64,000 nucleotides of DNA from an uncultured delta proteobacterium (GCA_963826785.1 CAWGYD010000004.1:256001-320000); one strand, 5' to 3'; positions 9,368 through 19,425 are shown, counted from the first letter of the stretch. Program-made: numbers and translations. Notes: generated by a model not told the origin, from the sequence alone.

Positions 9368-11140
9368 ATGAGGACTTGTATCATGAGTCTGGCCTATACC
9401 CTGCGCCTGCTCCGCCGGGCGGGCGCCTTTGCCCGGCCCTATCGACTGTATTTGATCGTCGTTTTATTTTTGACCCTGCTGATCGCTGCCGCGGGGGCGG
9501 TGGAGCCCCTGGTGATGAAGTACATCTTCGATTCTTTCGGCGATAAAAACCCGCTGCTTCATTCCCTGCTCATGGGCGTGGCGGGGCTGGTGCTGCTGGG
9601 CGCCGGAAAAGAAGTGCTTACCACCCTGTCCAATTACCTGAGCTGGCGCACCCGGCTCAATATCAATTATTCACTTTTAGACGCCACCGTGGAGCGCCTC
9701 CACCGGTTTTCCCCGGACTACCACCGGGATGAAGGGGTGGGCGCCACCATGACCCGCCTGGACCGGAGCATCCAGGGATTCATCTCCGCTCTTGCGGAAA
9801 TTTCATTCAACATCATTCCCGCCCTGGCCTACCTTTCGCTCTCCCTGGTCTTGATGATCCGGCTGGACTGGCGCCTGACCCTGCTGGTGGTGGGGTTTGC
9901 TCCGCTGCCGGCCGTCGTGGCCACTTTTGCCGCTCCCGCCCAGATTATCCGGGAAAAGACCCTGCTGGACCGGTGGTCCCGGATCTATTCGCGATTCAAC
10001 GAGGTCCTGTCCGGGATCGTCACGGTGCGCAGCTTTGCCATGGAAGATGCCGAGAAGCAGCGCTTTCTCCGCCAGGTCGATGAAACCAACCGCATCGTGG
10101 TCCGGGGGGTCCGCTATGATTCCGGGGTGGGCGCGCTGCAGAACCTGATCGTCCTGATCGCCCGCATCAGTGCCATCGGCCTGGGCGGATACCTGATTTT
10201 ACAGGGCCAGAGCACGGTGGGAACCCTGGTGGCCTTTTTGGGGTATGTCAACGGCCTGTTCGGTCCGGTGCAGGGCCTCACCGGAATTTACCGGGTCCTG
10301 AGGACCGCCACGGTTTCCCTGGAGCAGGTGTTTGAAATTCTGGATGCACAACAGGCGGTGACGGATGCGCCGGATGCCCGCGAAATCGGCAAATTAAAGG
10401 GACACGTCCGTTTTGACCGGGTCACTTTCCGCTACCCGGGAGCAGACCCGGTGCTTGCCGCCGTCTCCATCGAGGCAAAGCCCGGAGAGCTGATCGCCAT
10501 CGTGGGCCCCAGCGGAGCGGGCAAGACCACCCTCATGGGACTTCTGCAGCGGTTCTATGATCCCTCGTCGGGGGCGGTGTTCATCGACGGGCGCGATATC
10601 CGCACCCTCAGGCAGGACCAGTTGAGAAGGCAGATCGGGGTGGTGCTCCAGGATGCCCTGCTGTTCAACGAAAGCATCCGGGACAATATCGCCTACGGCC
10701 GTCCCCGGGCCACTTCGGCCGAAATCGAAGCCGCAGCCCGCATCGCGCATGCCCATGAATTCATCATGCGCATGGACAAAGGCTACAACACCCTGGCGGG
10801 GGAGCGGGGCGCCCGGCTTTCAGCCGGCGAGCGCCAGCGTATCGCCATTGCACGGGCCATCCTTAAAAACCCGGCCATCCTGGTGTTTGACGAAGCGACC
10901 TCGGCACTGGATGCGGAAACCGAGTCTTTGGTGCAGGAAGCCTTTGAAAAGGTGGCCAAGGGCCGCACCACCTTCGTCATCGCCCACCGGCTGTCCACCG
11001 TGGTCCGGGCCGACCGGATCCTGGTGCTCAAGGACGGCCGCATTATCGAGCAGGGCAGCCATCAACAGCTCTGCCGCAAAAACGGCCACTACGCCCGGCT
11101 GGTGGACCGGCAAACCCGGGGGTTGATGAAGGCGGCATGA
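9368..11140 (+). CDS. ABC exporter, fused permease/ATPase (MsbA-like)
   Basis: TM domain plus Walker A GPSGAGKT, signature LSAGERQR, DEATSALD, AHRLST. Confidence 0.92.
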   Translation: MRTCIMSLAYTLRLLRRAGAFARPYRLYLIVVLFLTLLIAAAGAVEPLVMKYIFDSFGDKNPLLHSLLMGVAGLVLLGAGKEVLTTLSNYLSWRTRLNINYSLLDATVERLHRFSPDYHRDEGVGATMTRLDRSIQGFISALAEISFNIIPALAYLSLSLVLMIRLDWRLTLLVVGFAPLPAVVATFAAPAQIIREKTLLDRWSRIYSRFNEVLSGIVTVRSFAMEDAEKQRFLRQVDETNRIVVRGVRYDSGVGALQNLIVLIARISAIGLGGYLILQGQSTVGTLVAFLGYVNGLFGPVQGLTGIYRVLRTATVSLEQVFEILDAQQAVTDAPDAREIGKLKGHVRFDRVTFRYPGADPVLAAVSIEAKPGELIAIVGPSGAGKTTLMGLLQRFYDPSSGAVFIDGRDIRTLRQDQLRRQIGVVLQDALLFNESIRDNIAYGRPRATSAEIEAAARIAHAHEFIMRMDKGYNTLAGERGARLSAGERQRIAIARAILKNPAILVFDEATSALDAETESLVQEAFEKVAKGRTTFVIAHRLSTVVRADRILVLKDGRIIEQGSHQQLCRKNGHYARLVDRQTRGLMKAA

Positions 11141-11209
11141 AACGATCCGCCGTGCCGGCAAAATGAATGGGCAATGAAGCGCCGGGCAATCCTCCAATAT
11201 GAAAAAAGC

Positions 11210-11368
11210 TTACTGTTTCCCCTCTTCATAGCCTCTTTCAAATTCATGCGCCCCTTCTTTTGTCTGCTCGACGCCTTCACCGGTGGCTTCACCTGCGGTG
11301 TGGCAGGCCGGAATGGAAGCCAGGGTGATGATACCCAGAATGATCAGCGCCATTAATTTCTTCAACAT
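11210..11368 (-). CDS. Small lipoprotein (entericidin-like), 52 aa
   Basis: MLKKLMALIILGIITLASIPA-CHTAGEATGEGVEQ: signal peptide with a lipobox-like Cys; AAAGGAGG RBS 7 nt upstream. Confidence 0.7.
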   Translation of the reverse strand: MLKKLMALIILGIITLASIPACHTAGEATGEGVEQTKEGAHEFERGYEEGKQ

Positions 11369-11507
11369 AGCCATACCTCCTTTATTTGGTTTATAGTAAA
11401 ATATCGTAAATCCGGTCCGGTGGGTATGGGCGAATGCATGTATACAGCGGGAAAAATCCACTGATTCGAGAGGTGTTCGGGAAGGTACCGGGCGGGTGCG
11501 GTTCGGT

Positions 11508-11542
11508 AAAAAAACAGGGCGGCAAATTCATGCCGCCCTGTT
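11508..11542 (-). terminator. Rho-independent terminator after the CsgG-like gene
   Basis: 12-bp stem AACAGGGCGGCA/TGCCGCCCTGTT followed by a T-tract on the minus strand. Confidence 0.7.
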
Positions 11543-11584
11543 GAAAGGCATCTGCTTGGATAAAGGCCGTGTACGGGTGATTGG

Positions 11585-12304
11585 CTACTCCAGGTCCACC
11601 GCCCCTTTGGTCCTCTGGCGGCGGCTGGATTCCTTTGCATCGTAATCGTTCATGCAGCGGTTGTCTTTTCCCTTGACCAGCGAGCATTCCAGGTATTCGG
11701 ATGATTCGATGATGCAAGCGCGGATTGCTTTTCCCGCGGGTGTCTTTTCATATTTGCCCAGGTTGCCCGAAACACCTTGAATGCTTGCGCCCAGATCAAG
11801 GCCATAGGAGGAGGAACTGGCTTCCACCGTTCGGGAATCCACGATCTCCCCGGTCTCCGTGTCGATCACTTTCAGGTCGATGGCCATGTAGGCCTTGTCC
11901 CGTTTGCCGCCGATGGAAAATCCCATCAGGGATATGCCGCCGCCGTCACCGCTGGTCTCTTCTTCGAAGGACGACACGGATCCGGAAACCAGGTACTTGG
12001 CCCCCTTGATTTTTCCGATTTTGGCCCGGGTGGCCGGATCGATTCTTCCGGAGGTGCCGAAATCCTGTTCGGTCAGAACGGCGTCGATCTCCTTGCGGTC
12101 CAGCACCTGAAACGCCCCCAGATTGGCCAGTTCCGCGGCCAGCATGTCCTGGAGTTCCGATCCCATGCCGCCGCTCCACCACCCGGCGGAAGTTTCATTG
12201 GTGAAGCGAAGCACCCCGATGCGGGGTTTTTCTTCGGCAAAACTCATGGTCGTGCAAATCAGCAGCACCAGGACAAAGATCGACATTCCAAACATTTTTC
12301 TCAT
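11585..12304 (-). CDS. CsgG/HfaB family exported protein
   Basis: Signal peptide; KPRIGVLRF, FQVLDR..I..VL.EQ, AKIGK..GA.YLV.GSV, IDLKVIDTETGEIV. Confidence 0.82.
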   Translation of the reverse strand: MRKMFGMSIFVLVLLICTTMSFAEEKPRIGVLRFTNETSAGWWSGGMGSELQDMLAAELANLGAFQVLDRKEIDAVLTEQDFGTSGRIDPATRAKIGKIKGAKYLVSGSVSSFEEETSGDGGGISLMGFSIGGKRDKAYMAIDLKVIDTETGEIVDSRTVEASSSSYGLDLGASIQGVSGNLGKYEKTPAGKAIRACIIESSEYLECSLVKGKDNRCMNDYDAKESSRRQRTKGAVDLE

Positions 12305-12513
12305 AAAACCTCCTGACGTTTTGGGTGGTGAAACTTTGCAGCTGAAAACGGAAATGCCCGCTATTAGCGAATTTCACGATAATGGCAAGCACGATTTCGG
12401 GTCAAGCGGTTTTTTTAAAAATATCAATAATTGATAAGAAAGACACGATTTGCATCAGCGGATGGTTTTTCGGGTAAATGCTGAATTCAGGGAAATTGGA
12501 AGGTCTGATCCGG

Positions 12514-12546
12514 ATAAAAAAAAGGGAGGATTTTTATCCTCCCTTT
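12514..12546 (-). terminator. Rho-independent terminator after the small ORF 12595-12786
   Basis: 10-bp stem AAAGGGAGGA/TCCTCCCTTT with an A-run on the left (T-tract on minus). Confidence 0.7.
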
Positions 12547-12594
12547 ATCGTTCGTTATGAATGAATGATGTCGTCAAATTCAGTTCCGATTATT

Positions 12595-12786
12595 TTATAT
12601 ATGACCCCCGTAAACGCCGGGCTGTATTTCTCTTGAATCCGCCCATTGCACATGCACCGTCTCGGGCGTTTCGATATTCTCGGCGTCGATCTTGCGCTGC
12701 AGTTCTTCTTCTATTTCTCTAACACGATTTCTGCATTCACCCTGACAGCGACCTGAAGCGAGGTCTCTTTCCAATATAGCGTCCAT
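12595..12786 (-). CDS. Small hypothetical protein (63 aa)
   Basis: Strong AAGGAGG RBS, downstream terminator, and an N-terminus shared with the upstream cupin gene. Confidence 0.6.
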   Translation of the reverse strand: MDAILERDLASGRCQGECRNRVREIEEELQRKIDAENIETPETVHVQWADSREIQPGVYGGHI

Positions 12787-12799
12787 AAGATACCTCCTT
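12758..12799 (-). repeat. 42-bp imperfect repeat, copy 1 (RBS plus first ~10 codons of the small ORF)
   Basis: 35/42 identity by hand alignment to 13414-13455. Confidence 0.85.
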
Positions 12800-12923
12800 T
12801 TTCATTATTTCATTTTCGATTCAAATTAAAAGAACCTGTTATTTTTTTTCAGCAGGTTTACAATTAAACTATGTATCCACAGTCCGATGTCAAGACCCGG
12901 CCGGGATTGCTTTTTATGCCGCT

Positions 12924-13442
12924 TCAGAGCCGGGGAAAGGTGAGACCGAAACGTCTGCAGAGTCCTTCAACACTGTCAAAGTCCATATCGAGCGCATATT
13001 TCCGGTTGATTTCCTGAAATTTGGCCATGTTTCCCCAGGCTGCAGCGATTTCCCTGAAATAATTTTCAAATCCGGCAGGTGAAATGATTTCGATGATCTC
13101 GCAAGGCGTATCTCCTGCATTCCAGAAGGTGTGCCACTGCAGGCGGGGTTTGAACACCCATGCCCCCGGACCAGCCGTCACCACGTCGTCCCCCAGCAGT
13201 GCGCCCAGCGTTCCCTTCAGCACATAGGAAAGCTCGTCTTCGTTGTGATGGTAGTGAAGCGGTGCGGCCAGCGCGTGCGGGGCCATGGGATGATGAACTA
13301 TGGCAAAACGCCTGCCGGTGTCCGCACCCTCAACCTTCCAGCGCACGCCGAGTCCCCCAAAGTCGAAAACCTCGCCATCTTCGGGCAGCACCACTTTCGG
13401 AAACCCTTCTCTGGCGAGGTCTTTTCTTAATATCGCGTCCAT
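12924..13442 (-). CDS. Cupin domain protein
   Basis: PLHYHHNEDE.SYVLKG and GPGAWVFKPRLQWHTFWN cupin motifs. Confidence 0.88.
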   Translation of the reverse strand: MDAILRKDLAREGFPKVVLPEDGEVFDFGGLGVRWKVEGADTGRRFAIVHHPMAPHALAAPLHYHHNEDELSYVLKGTLGALLGDDVVTAGPGAWVFKPRLQWHTFWNAGDTPCEIIEIISPAGFENYFREIAAAWGNMAKFQEINRKYALDMDFDSVEGLCRRFGLTFPRL

Positions 13443-13455
13443 GAGATGCCTCCTT
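13414..13455 (-). repeat. 42-bp imperfect repeat, copy 2 (RBS plus first ~10 codons of the cupin gene)
   Basis: 35/42 identity to 12758-12799. Confidence 0.85.
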
Positions 13456-13561
13456 ATATTTTCAATACGAAAAAATCGGGTTATATTTTTGATTACGCCC
13501 CCTGAATGAAGCTACGTACCCGCATGCAGATGTCAATCCACTGAAAAAAGAGGTTTGTGAA

Positions 13562-15229
13562 ATGTCGGAATGCGAGAAGCCCCCGGGCACCCATGACGTA
13601 TTCAACCAGCCCGAAGCGCTTGAAAATTACAATCTGTATGATCAGGATACGGCGTTGATGGAGGCGCTTTACCGGGAAGGCGAAGGCCGCAATGAGGCGG
13701 AGGTTCGCGGGTATGGCCGGCTGGCCGGCCATGAACTGCTCTCTCTGGGATTTGACGCCAACGAAAATCCGCCGGACCTGCATACCCATGACCGGTTCGG
13801 CCGCCGCATCGACCGGGTGAAATACCATCCGGCCTACCACACCCTGATGGGTGCGGCCATCGAAAACGGCCTGCATTCTTATCCCTGGATCCGCCCCGGA
13901 CGCGGCGCCCACGTGGCCCGGGCCGCCATGCTCTACTGCCACAACCAGATGGAGGCGGGCACCAGCTGCCCCGTTACCATGACCTTTGCCTGTCTTCCCG
14001 TGATCCGGCGTCAGCCGGAAGTGGCGGAAGCGTGGGAAGCCCGGGTGACTGCCACCCTCTACGACGGCCGTGACGTGCCGGCATCCGAAAAGAAGGGGGC
14101 CACCATCGGCATGGCCATGACGGAAAAGCAGGGGGGATCGGATGTACGGGCCAATACCACCCGGGCCCATCCCAGAGATGCGTCGGGTCCGGGGCGTCCC
14201 TATGAGCTGACGGGCCACAAATGGTTCTGCTCTGCGCCCATGAGCGATGCGTTTTTAACCCTGGCCCAGACGGACAGGGGCCTCTCCTGCTTCCTGCTTC
14301 CCCGGTGGCGGCCGGACGGGATGAAAAACGCCATTTACCTGCAGCGGTTGAAAAACAAGCTGGGCAATCGATCCAATGCCTCGGCCGAGGTGGAGTTCCG
14401 GTGTGCCCATGCCGTCCTGATCGGAGAAGAGGGCCGCGGCGTGCCCACCATCATCGAAATGGTGGCGCTCACCCGGTTTGACTGCATGGTGGGTTCGGCG
14501 GCCCTCATGCGCCAGGCGCTTTCCCAGGCGATTCATCACGCGAGATTTCGAAAGACGTTCGGCAGGTTTCTCATGGACCATCCCCTGATGCAAAATGTAC
14601 TGGCCGACCTGGCCATCGAAAGCGAGGCGGCGCTGGTGATGGTCATGCGGGTGGCCCGGGCCCTGGACGGATCAATGGACCTGAAAGAAGAGCGGCTTCT
14701 GGTTCGCGTCGCCACTGCAGTGGGCAAATACTGGATCTGCAAGCGGGCGCCGGCCATGGTGATCGAAGCGGCCGAATGTCTGGGCGGCAACGGGTATATC
14801 GAAGAAAGCATACTGCCCCGCCTCTACCGGGAAGCCCCTGTAAACGCCATATGGGAAGGCTGCGGCAATATCCAGGCGCTGGATGTGCTCCGGGCCATGC
14901 AAAAATCCCCTGATGCACTGGAGGTTTTCCTGGAAGAAATCCGACCGGCCCGGCAAATGGAGCCGCATCTGGATGAACGCGCCCGGCGGCTGGAGAAAAT
15001 GCTTGCAGACAAAGACTCACTGGAATTTCGGTCCAGGCGCCTGATCGAGGAGATGGCCCTGACATTTCAGGGGGCGCTGCTGGTCCGTCATTCGCCGCGG
15101 CATGTCGCCGAGGGATTTTGCCGGACCCGGTTGGCCGAACATCCGGGGCGGCTGTATGGGACGCTGCCACCGGGCATCGATGCCGCGGCAATCATTGATC
15201 GGGCATTTCCGCCAATGCCGGGAACCTGA
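13562..15229 (+). CDS. aidB: AidB-like acyl-CoA dehydrogenase
   Basis: THDVFNQP, GMAMTEKQGGSDV, LKNKLGNRSNAS, EAPVNAIWEG.GN. Confidence 0.88.
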   Translation: MSECEKPPGTHDVFNQPEALENYNLYDQDTALMEALYREGEGRNEAEVRGYGRLAGHELLSLGFDANENPPDLHTHDRFGRRIDRVKYHPAYHTLMGAAIENGLHSYPWIRPGRGAHVARAAMLYCHNQMEAGTSCPVTMTFACLPVIRRQPEVAEAWEARVTATLYDGRDVPASEKKGATIGMAMTEKQGGSDVRANTTRAHPRDASGPGRPYELTGHKWFCSAPMSDAFLTLAQTDRGLSCFLLPRWRPDGMKNAIYLQRLKNKLGNRSNASAEVEFRCAHAVLIGEEGRGVPTIIEMVALTRFDCMVGSAALMRQALSQAIHHARFRKTFGRFLMDHPLMQNVLADLAIESEAALVMVMRVARALDGSMDLKEERLLVRVATAVGKYWICKRAPAMVIEAAECLGGNGYIEESILPRLYREAPVNAIWEGCGNIQALDVLRAMQKSPDALEVFLEEIRPARQMEPHLDERARRLEKMLADKDSLEFRSRRLIEEMALTFQGALLVRHSPRHVAEGFCRTRLAEHPGRLYGTLPPGIDAAAIIDRAFPPMPGT

Positions 15230-15296
15230 AAAGAATGGCCCCGGTTTTTGCCGGGGCGGTTAAATGAATGCGAGTCGTTTGGGATAATATGATCAG

Positions 15297-15500
15297 TTAC
15301 AGGCCGTAGTAATCGCAGGCGGCTTTGAACGCATCCTTAAGAAAGGGGATGGAGATCAGAAACAGTGGGATGGCCACCACAAATCCGAAAAGCGGCAGCA
15401 CCGTAAAACCGGTCACGATGAACAGAATGCCGAGAATCAGCAGGATCGTGCCGATGATAAAGGCCGAAGTTTTTTCTTGAAAACATTTCAATGGCTTCAT
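15297..15500 (-). CDS. Small membrane protein (2 TM)
   Basis: 67-aa hydrophobic ORF with AAGGTG RBS. Confidence 0.6.
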   Translation of the reverse strand: MKPLKCFQEKTSAFIIGTILLILGILFIVTGFTVLPLFGFVVAIPLFLISIPFLKDAFKAACDYYGL

Positions 15501-15685
15501 AGCATCACCTTTCTGTGTTTCGGGGTTCTGACAGCGTTTGCGTGGTCGCGTCTTCTGCTAACCCCTATGATTACTTATAATTAAAAGATAAATATCATGA
15601 TCGGGATTGTCAATCGGGGCGCCGGAGGATAAAACCCGATGAGCAGGTTCTGGCGCATGTGCATCCAATTAAAAAGGAGATCCAG

Positions 15686-16447
15686 ATGAAAGCGAATCGA
15701 TTCTTATTCATGGTGATATTTGCTGCTGCGATGGTGGCTGTCCTGGCCGGGCAGGGGGTCTGCGGGCTGGTGCTGACCGACACGGACGGCGGAAAAACGT
15801 TCATCTCAAAGGGCAAGATCAAGCAGTCCCCGGCCCAAAAGGGAGATGAATATGCGATTGTCGATCTGGAAAAAGGGACGCTGACCGTTATTCAGCCCGA
15901 ACAGAAACGAGCGGCTGCGGGCACGGTGGATGAATTCTGCGGGATCATGGATGAAATGAAAAGCAACATGGACCAGGTGATGGAAGAAGTCCGAAAACAG
16001 ATGAAATCCCAAAACATGCCCGCTGATATGCCCGGCCTGCCGGGGGCACCCCCCCGGGTACGGGTGGAAAATAAGGGCAAAGGCCAGCCCGTTGCAGGGT
16101 ACGAAACCGAAAAATACCAGGTTTATGCAAATAATCAGCTCTATGAGGAACTCTGGTTTACCAGAGACGATCGGATCATTTCGGAGGGGGGGGACCCCGG
16201 ACAGATGGCCCGGTTTGAAGCCTGTGCCTCAACCATGCTGGGGCCGGGAGCGGTGGAAAACACCCCCGAACTCCAAAAACTGGCCAGGACGGGCTGGCTG
16301 CTCAAGGCCGTTTCATATGCGGACGGAGAAAAGCAAACCCTTATTCAGGTCGACTCCATTGAAAAAATGGATATTCCGCCGGCTGAATTTAACATCCCGG
16401 AAGGATATAAGAAAATATCGCTCAAACAGATGTTTGAAGCAAAATAA
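15686..16447 (+). CDS. Exported DUF4412-like protein
   Basis: AAGGAG RBS, signal peptide, G..VAGYETEKY, ELW, IPPAEFNIPEGYKK. Confidence 0.72.
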   Translation: MKANRFLFMVIFAAAMVAVLAGQGVCGLVLTDTDGGKTFISKGKIKQSPAQKGDEYAIVDLEKGTLTVIQPEQKRAAAGTVDEFCGIMDEMKSNMDQVMEEVRKQMKSQNMPADMPGLPGAPPRVRVENKGKGQPVAGYETEKYQVYANNQLYEELWFTRDDRIISEGGDPGQMARFEACASTMLGPGAVENTPELQKLARTGWLLKAVSYADGEKQTLIQVDSIEKMDIPPAEFNIPEGYKKISLKQMFEAK

Positions 16448-16545
16448 AAGCGGCAGCGCGATTCCTGCTCCCCCGAGTCGTTATATGAGAATGGCGGCAT
16501 CTAACCGCCATTCTCATATCCTGATGGATAAATCGTGCAGATGCT

Positions 16546-16734
16546 TTACTCTTCCCAGTAGATACAATCGGACGGGCAGGCGTCAATGGCGTCCTGAATT
16601 TCGTCTTCGGGGCCGCCTTCTGCCTGAATGACATACGCTTTTTCCTCATCTTCATCAAAGGCGAAAACTTCCGGGCAGATTTCCACGCAGCTTTCGCACC
16701 CCACGCATTCGTCCCTGTCGATAACCACTTTCAT
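16546..16734 (-). CDS. Ferredoxin (single 4Fe-4S cluster)
   Basis: MKVVIDRDECVGCESCVEICPEVF...DACPSDCI; GGAGG RBS. Confidence 0.92.
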   Translation of the reverse strand: MKVVIDRDECVGCESCVEICPEVFAFDEDEEKAYVIQAEGGPEDEIQDAIDACPSDCIYWEE

Positions 16735-16986
16735 GAATGATCCCCCTCCTTTATTGATTGTTGCGGACATGAAAAGCGCCTTGAAGATGGTCACGGGCGC
16801 CTTTCGGCATGTTGTATATTCAATTATTCAGATCGTTTAATCTCTATGGGAACTGCCAATTGCCTTGATTTTTTTCTGAATTTAAAATATAAACATGATC
16901 CGATGATTGTAAAAACCGGCGCTCGACTTTCGTCGGGATTTAAAATTTTCCGCCTTGGGCCATTTCAAATGGTGCCCGGGGCCTTC

Positions 16987-17541
16987 ATGCGAAATGGAAA
17001 GGAAGATAAGCCATTGTCCGATAATGCAGGCGGAATTGACCAGGCGGGCCAGGACCTGTTCGACTATGCCGTGGACCGGGAGGAACTCAAATGGCTGATG
17101 TCGAACCTGCCGGCGGAAGCGGATGCCGACCGGAACAGCATGGAGTACGAACTCCAGATTTTAAAAATCATCGCTGTGGGGTGGAGCCTCTCCTTTTACC
17201 TGGAAAATCACCCTTTCAAGCTTGAACTGGCGAAGCTTTACTGGGACCGCATTCGCCAATTTTCAAATCAGCTGTCGGAAACCACCCGCCTGATGACCGG
17301 AAAAGACATCGATTATTTTCAGGTATTGAAGAACCGGCTGGATGATTATGTCGCCGTGATGGCGCAAAACCCGGAGGCAAAAATCCCTTCTGCGGCCATC
17401 GGGCCGTCTTTTGCCAGGCATTGCGGCAGCCCGGATGACGTGTATGCCATCATGACCGGGACCAAGATGTTTCACTCCGTCCTGGTGCGGGTGCGCAAAT
17501 ATCTTTCCGCCCTCAAATGGCTGGAGGATGAAGCGAGATGA
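16987..17541 (+). CDS. Hypothetical protein
   Basis: Coding-like ORF overlapping the moxR start (ATGA); start uncertain (TTG at 17014 is possible). Confidence 0.65.
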   Translation: MRNGKEDKPLSDNAGGIDQAGQDLFDYAVDREELKWLMSNLPAEADADRNSMEYELQILKIIAVGWSLSFYLENHPFKLELAKLYWDRIRQFSNQLSETTRLMTGKDIDYFQVLKNRLDDYVAVMAQNPEAKIPSAAIGPSFARHCGSPDDVYAIMTGTKMFHSVLVRVRKYLSALKWLEDEAR

Positions 17542-18509
17542 AAAGCCCGGGCAGCAGAAATCCGTTTTCGGCCCGCAAGATCGCCGACAGCATGAATCCG
17601 CAGTTTGAATCCATTGTCGAGACGATCAGCGGCGTGGTGCGGGGAAAAGCACCCCAGATCCGCCTGGCCCTGACCTGCCTGTTTGCCGGTGGGCATCTTC
17701 TGATCGAGGATCTGCCGGGGATCGGCAAAACCACCCTGGCCAAGGTGCTGGCCAGATGCATGGGGCTCGACTTTCAGCGGATTCAGTTCACCAGCGACAT
17801 GCTCCCCGGGGATATCCTGGGGGTTTCCATTTTTGATGCGAAAGCCGGATTGTTTCACTTTCATTCCGGCCCGGTCTTCACCCAGGTACTGCTGGCCGAT
17901 GAAATCAATCGGGCCACCCCCAAAACCCAGAGCGCCCTTCTGGAAGCCATGGAAGAGGAGCAGGTGACCATCGAGGGAAAGACCCGGCCGTTGAAGAAGC
18001 CCTTTTTCGTCATTGCCACCCAGAATCCCCTGGAGCATTCCGGAACATTTCCCCTTCCCGAATCCCAGCTGGACCGGTTTTTGATGCGGGTGGCGCTGGG
18101 CTATCCGGGTCGGGCCGCTGAAAAAGAAATATTGATCAACGGCGGGGCCGGAAACGCACTGGCGGAAATGGGTGCCTGCATGCTTGAAGCCGATGTCTGC
18201 GCCATCCAGGATCGGTGCGCCGGGGTCCATGCCTCAGACACCTTTCTGGAGTACCTGCAGGATATCATCGATTTTACCCGGACCTCCCCCTATTTTCTGG
18301 TGGGCCTGTCTCCCCGGGCCGGGCTTTCCCTGCTCAGGGCCTCCCGGGCCTGGGCGTATCTTCACGGCCGGGACTTTGTCATTCCCGAAGACCTCCAGAA
18401 GATCCTCCCCCATGTGGCGGGCCATCGGCTGCGGTCCACCAGGGACCGTCTGGAAATTCCCCGAAGCGCGCTTTTGGACCTGTTTGATGAAGTGGCCGTA
18501 CCCGTTTAA
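17538..18509 (+). CDS. MoxR family AAA+ ATPase
   Basis: LIEDLPGIGKT, RIQFTSDMLPGD, LADEINRATPKTQSALLEAM, ATQNP, LDRF. Confidence 0.95.
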   Translation: MKSPGSRNPFSARKIADSMNPQFESIVETISGVVRGKAPQIRLALTCLFAGGHLLIEDLPGIGKTTLAKVLARCMGLDFQRIQFTSDMLPGDILGVSIFDAKAGLFHFHSGPVFTQVLLADEINRATPKTQSALLEAMEEEQVTIEGKTRPLKKPFFVIATQNPLEHSGTFPLPESQLDRFLMRVALGYPGRAAEKEILINGGAGNALAEMGACMLEADVCAIQDRCAGVHASDTFLEYLQDIIDFTRTSPYFLVGLSPRAGLSLLRASRAWAYLHGRDFVIPEDLQKILPHVAGHRLRSTRDRLEIPRSALLDLFDEVAVPV

Positions 18510-19425
18510 AGGCCGTCCGGGACGGAAAACGGCAGCGGCCGCGCCGGCGTTTCCCCTGATCTTAAACCGCCACCGGGTGTATATCTTTCCCACGCCGTTC
18601 GGGTTTTTTTTCATCTTCGTCCTTTTGGCCATGTTGATCGGTTCGGTCAATTACAACAACAACCTGGGATTTCTCCTGGTGTTTCTGCTGGGGGCCCTGC
18701 TGCTGGTCTCCATCTTTCACACCTACCGGAATGTCCTGGGCCTGTCCATCCTGTCCGTGTCCGCAGAACCCGTCTTTGCGGGCGATCTTGCGCTCTTTTC
18801 CCTCCGGATCCGGGCCGGCCGGATTTTGCGATGTGCCGTGGCGTTTTCGTTTAAAAACGGACCGGTGGCGCTGGAAAACCTGTCCCCTGCTACGGATCAG
18901 ACCATCATCGTGAGCGCTGAAACAAAGCATCGGGGTGAGTTTGTGCCGGGGAAGCTGACGGTGTGGAGCCGGTTTCCACTGGGATTGTTTCATGCCTGGT
19001 CGCATCCGGATCCGGGGGCCGCCTGCCTGGTCTATCCCCGGCCCCGGCCGGCAAGGCGGACGCAAGAAATCAGCGCTATCCCGGATGATGCCGCACGACG
19101 GGGGAATGCCGATGATTTCAGGGGATTGCGAACCTACCAGGCGGGCGACCCGGTACGCCGTATCGCCTGGAAGACCCTCTCCCGGGGAATGGGGGTGTTT
19201 TTAAAGGATTTCGGAACCGATTCACAGGAACAGACGGTATTTGATTTTGACCACATACCCGGTGATATCGAAACCCGGCTGTCCGGGCTCTGCGATCTGG
19301 TGTTAAAATCCCACGGTGCAAATGCCGCCTATGGGGTCAAGATTCCCGGCCGGCTGATCCGGCCGGATCGGGGCGAGCTGCAGAAACAAAAATGCCTACA
19401 AGCCCTGGCCCTGTTCAGGGGGTAA
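18487..19425 (+). CDS. DUF58 domain protein
   Basis: RVYIFPT..G, NYNNNLG, FPLGLF, DFRGLRTYQAGDPVRRIAWK; canonical position after moxR. Confidence 0.88.
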   Translation: MKWPYPFKGRPGRKTAAAAPAFPLILNRHRVYIFPTPFGFFFIFVLLAMLIGSVNYNNNLGFLLVFLLGALLLVSIFHTYRNVLGLSILSVSAEPVFAGDLALFSLRIRAGRILRCAVAFSFKNGPVALENLSPATDQTIIVSAETKHRGEFVPGKLTVWSRFPLGLFHAWSHPDPGAACLVYPRPRPARRTQEISAIPDDAARRGNADDFRGLRTYQAGDPVRRIAWKTLSRGMGVFLKDFGTDSQEQTVFDFDHIPGDIETRLSGLCDLVLKSHGANAAYGVKIPGRLIRPDRGELQKQKCLQALALFRG

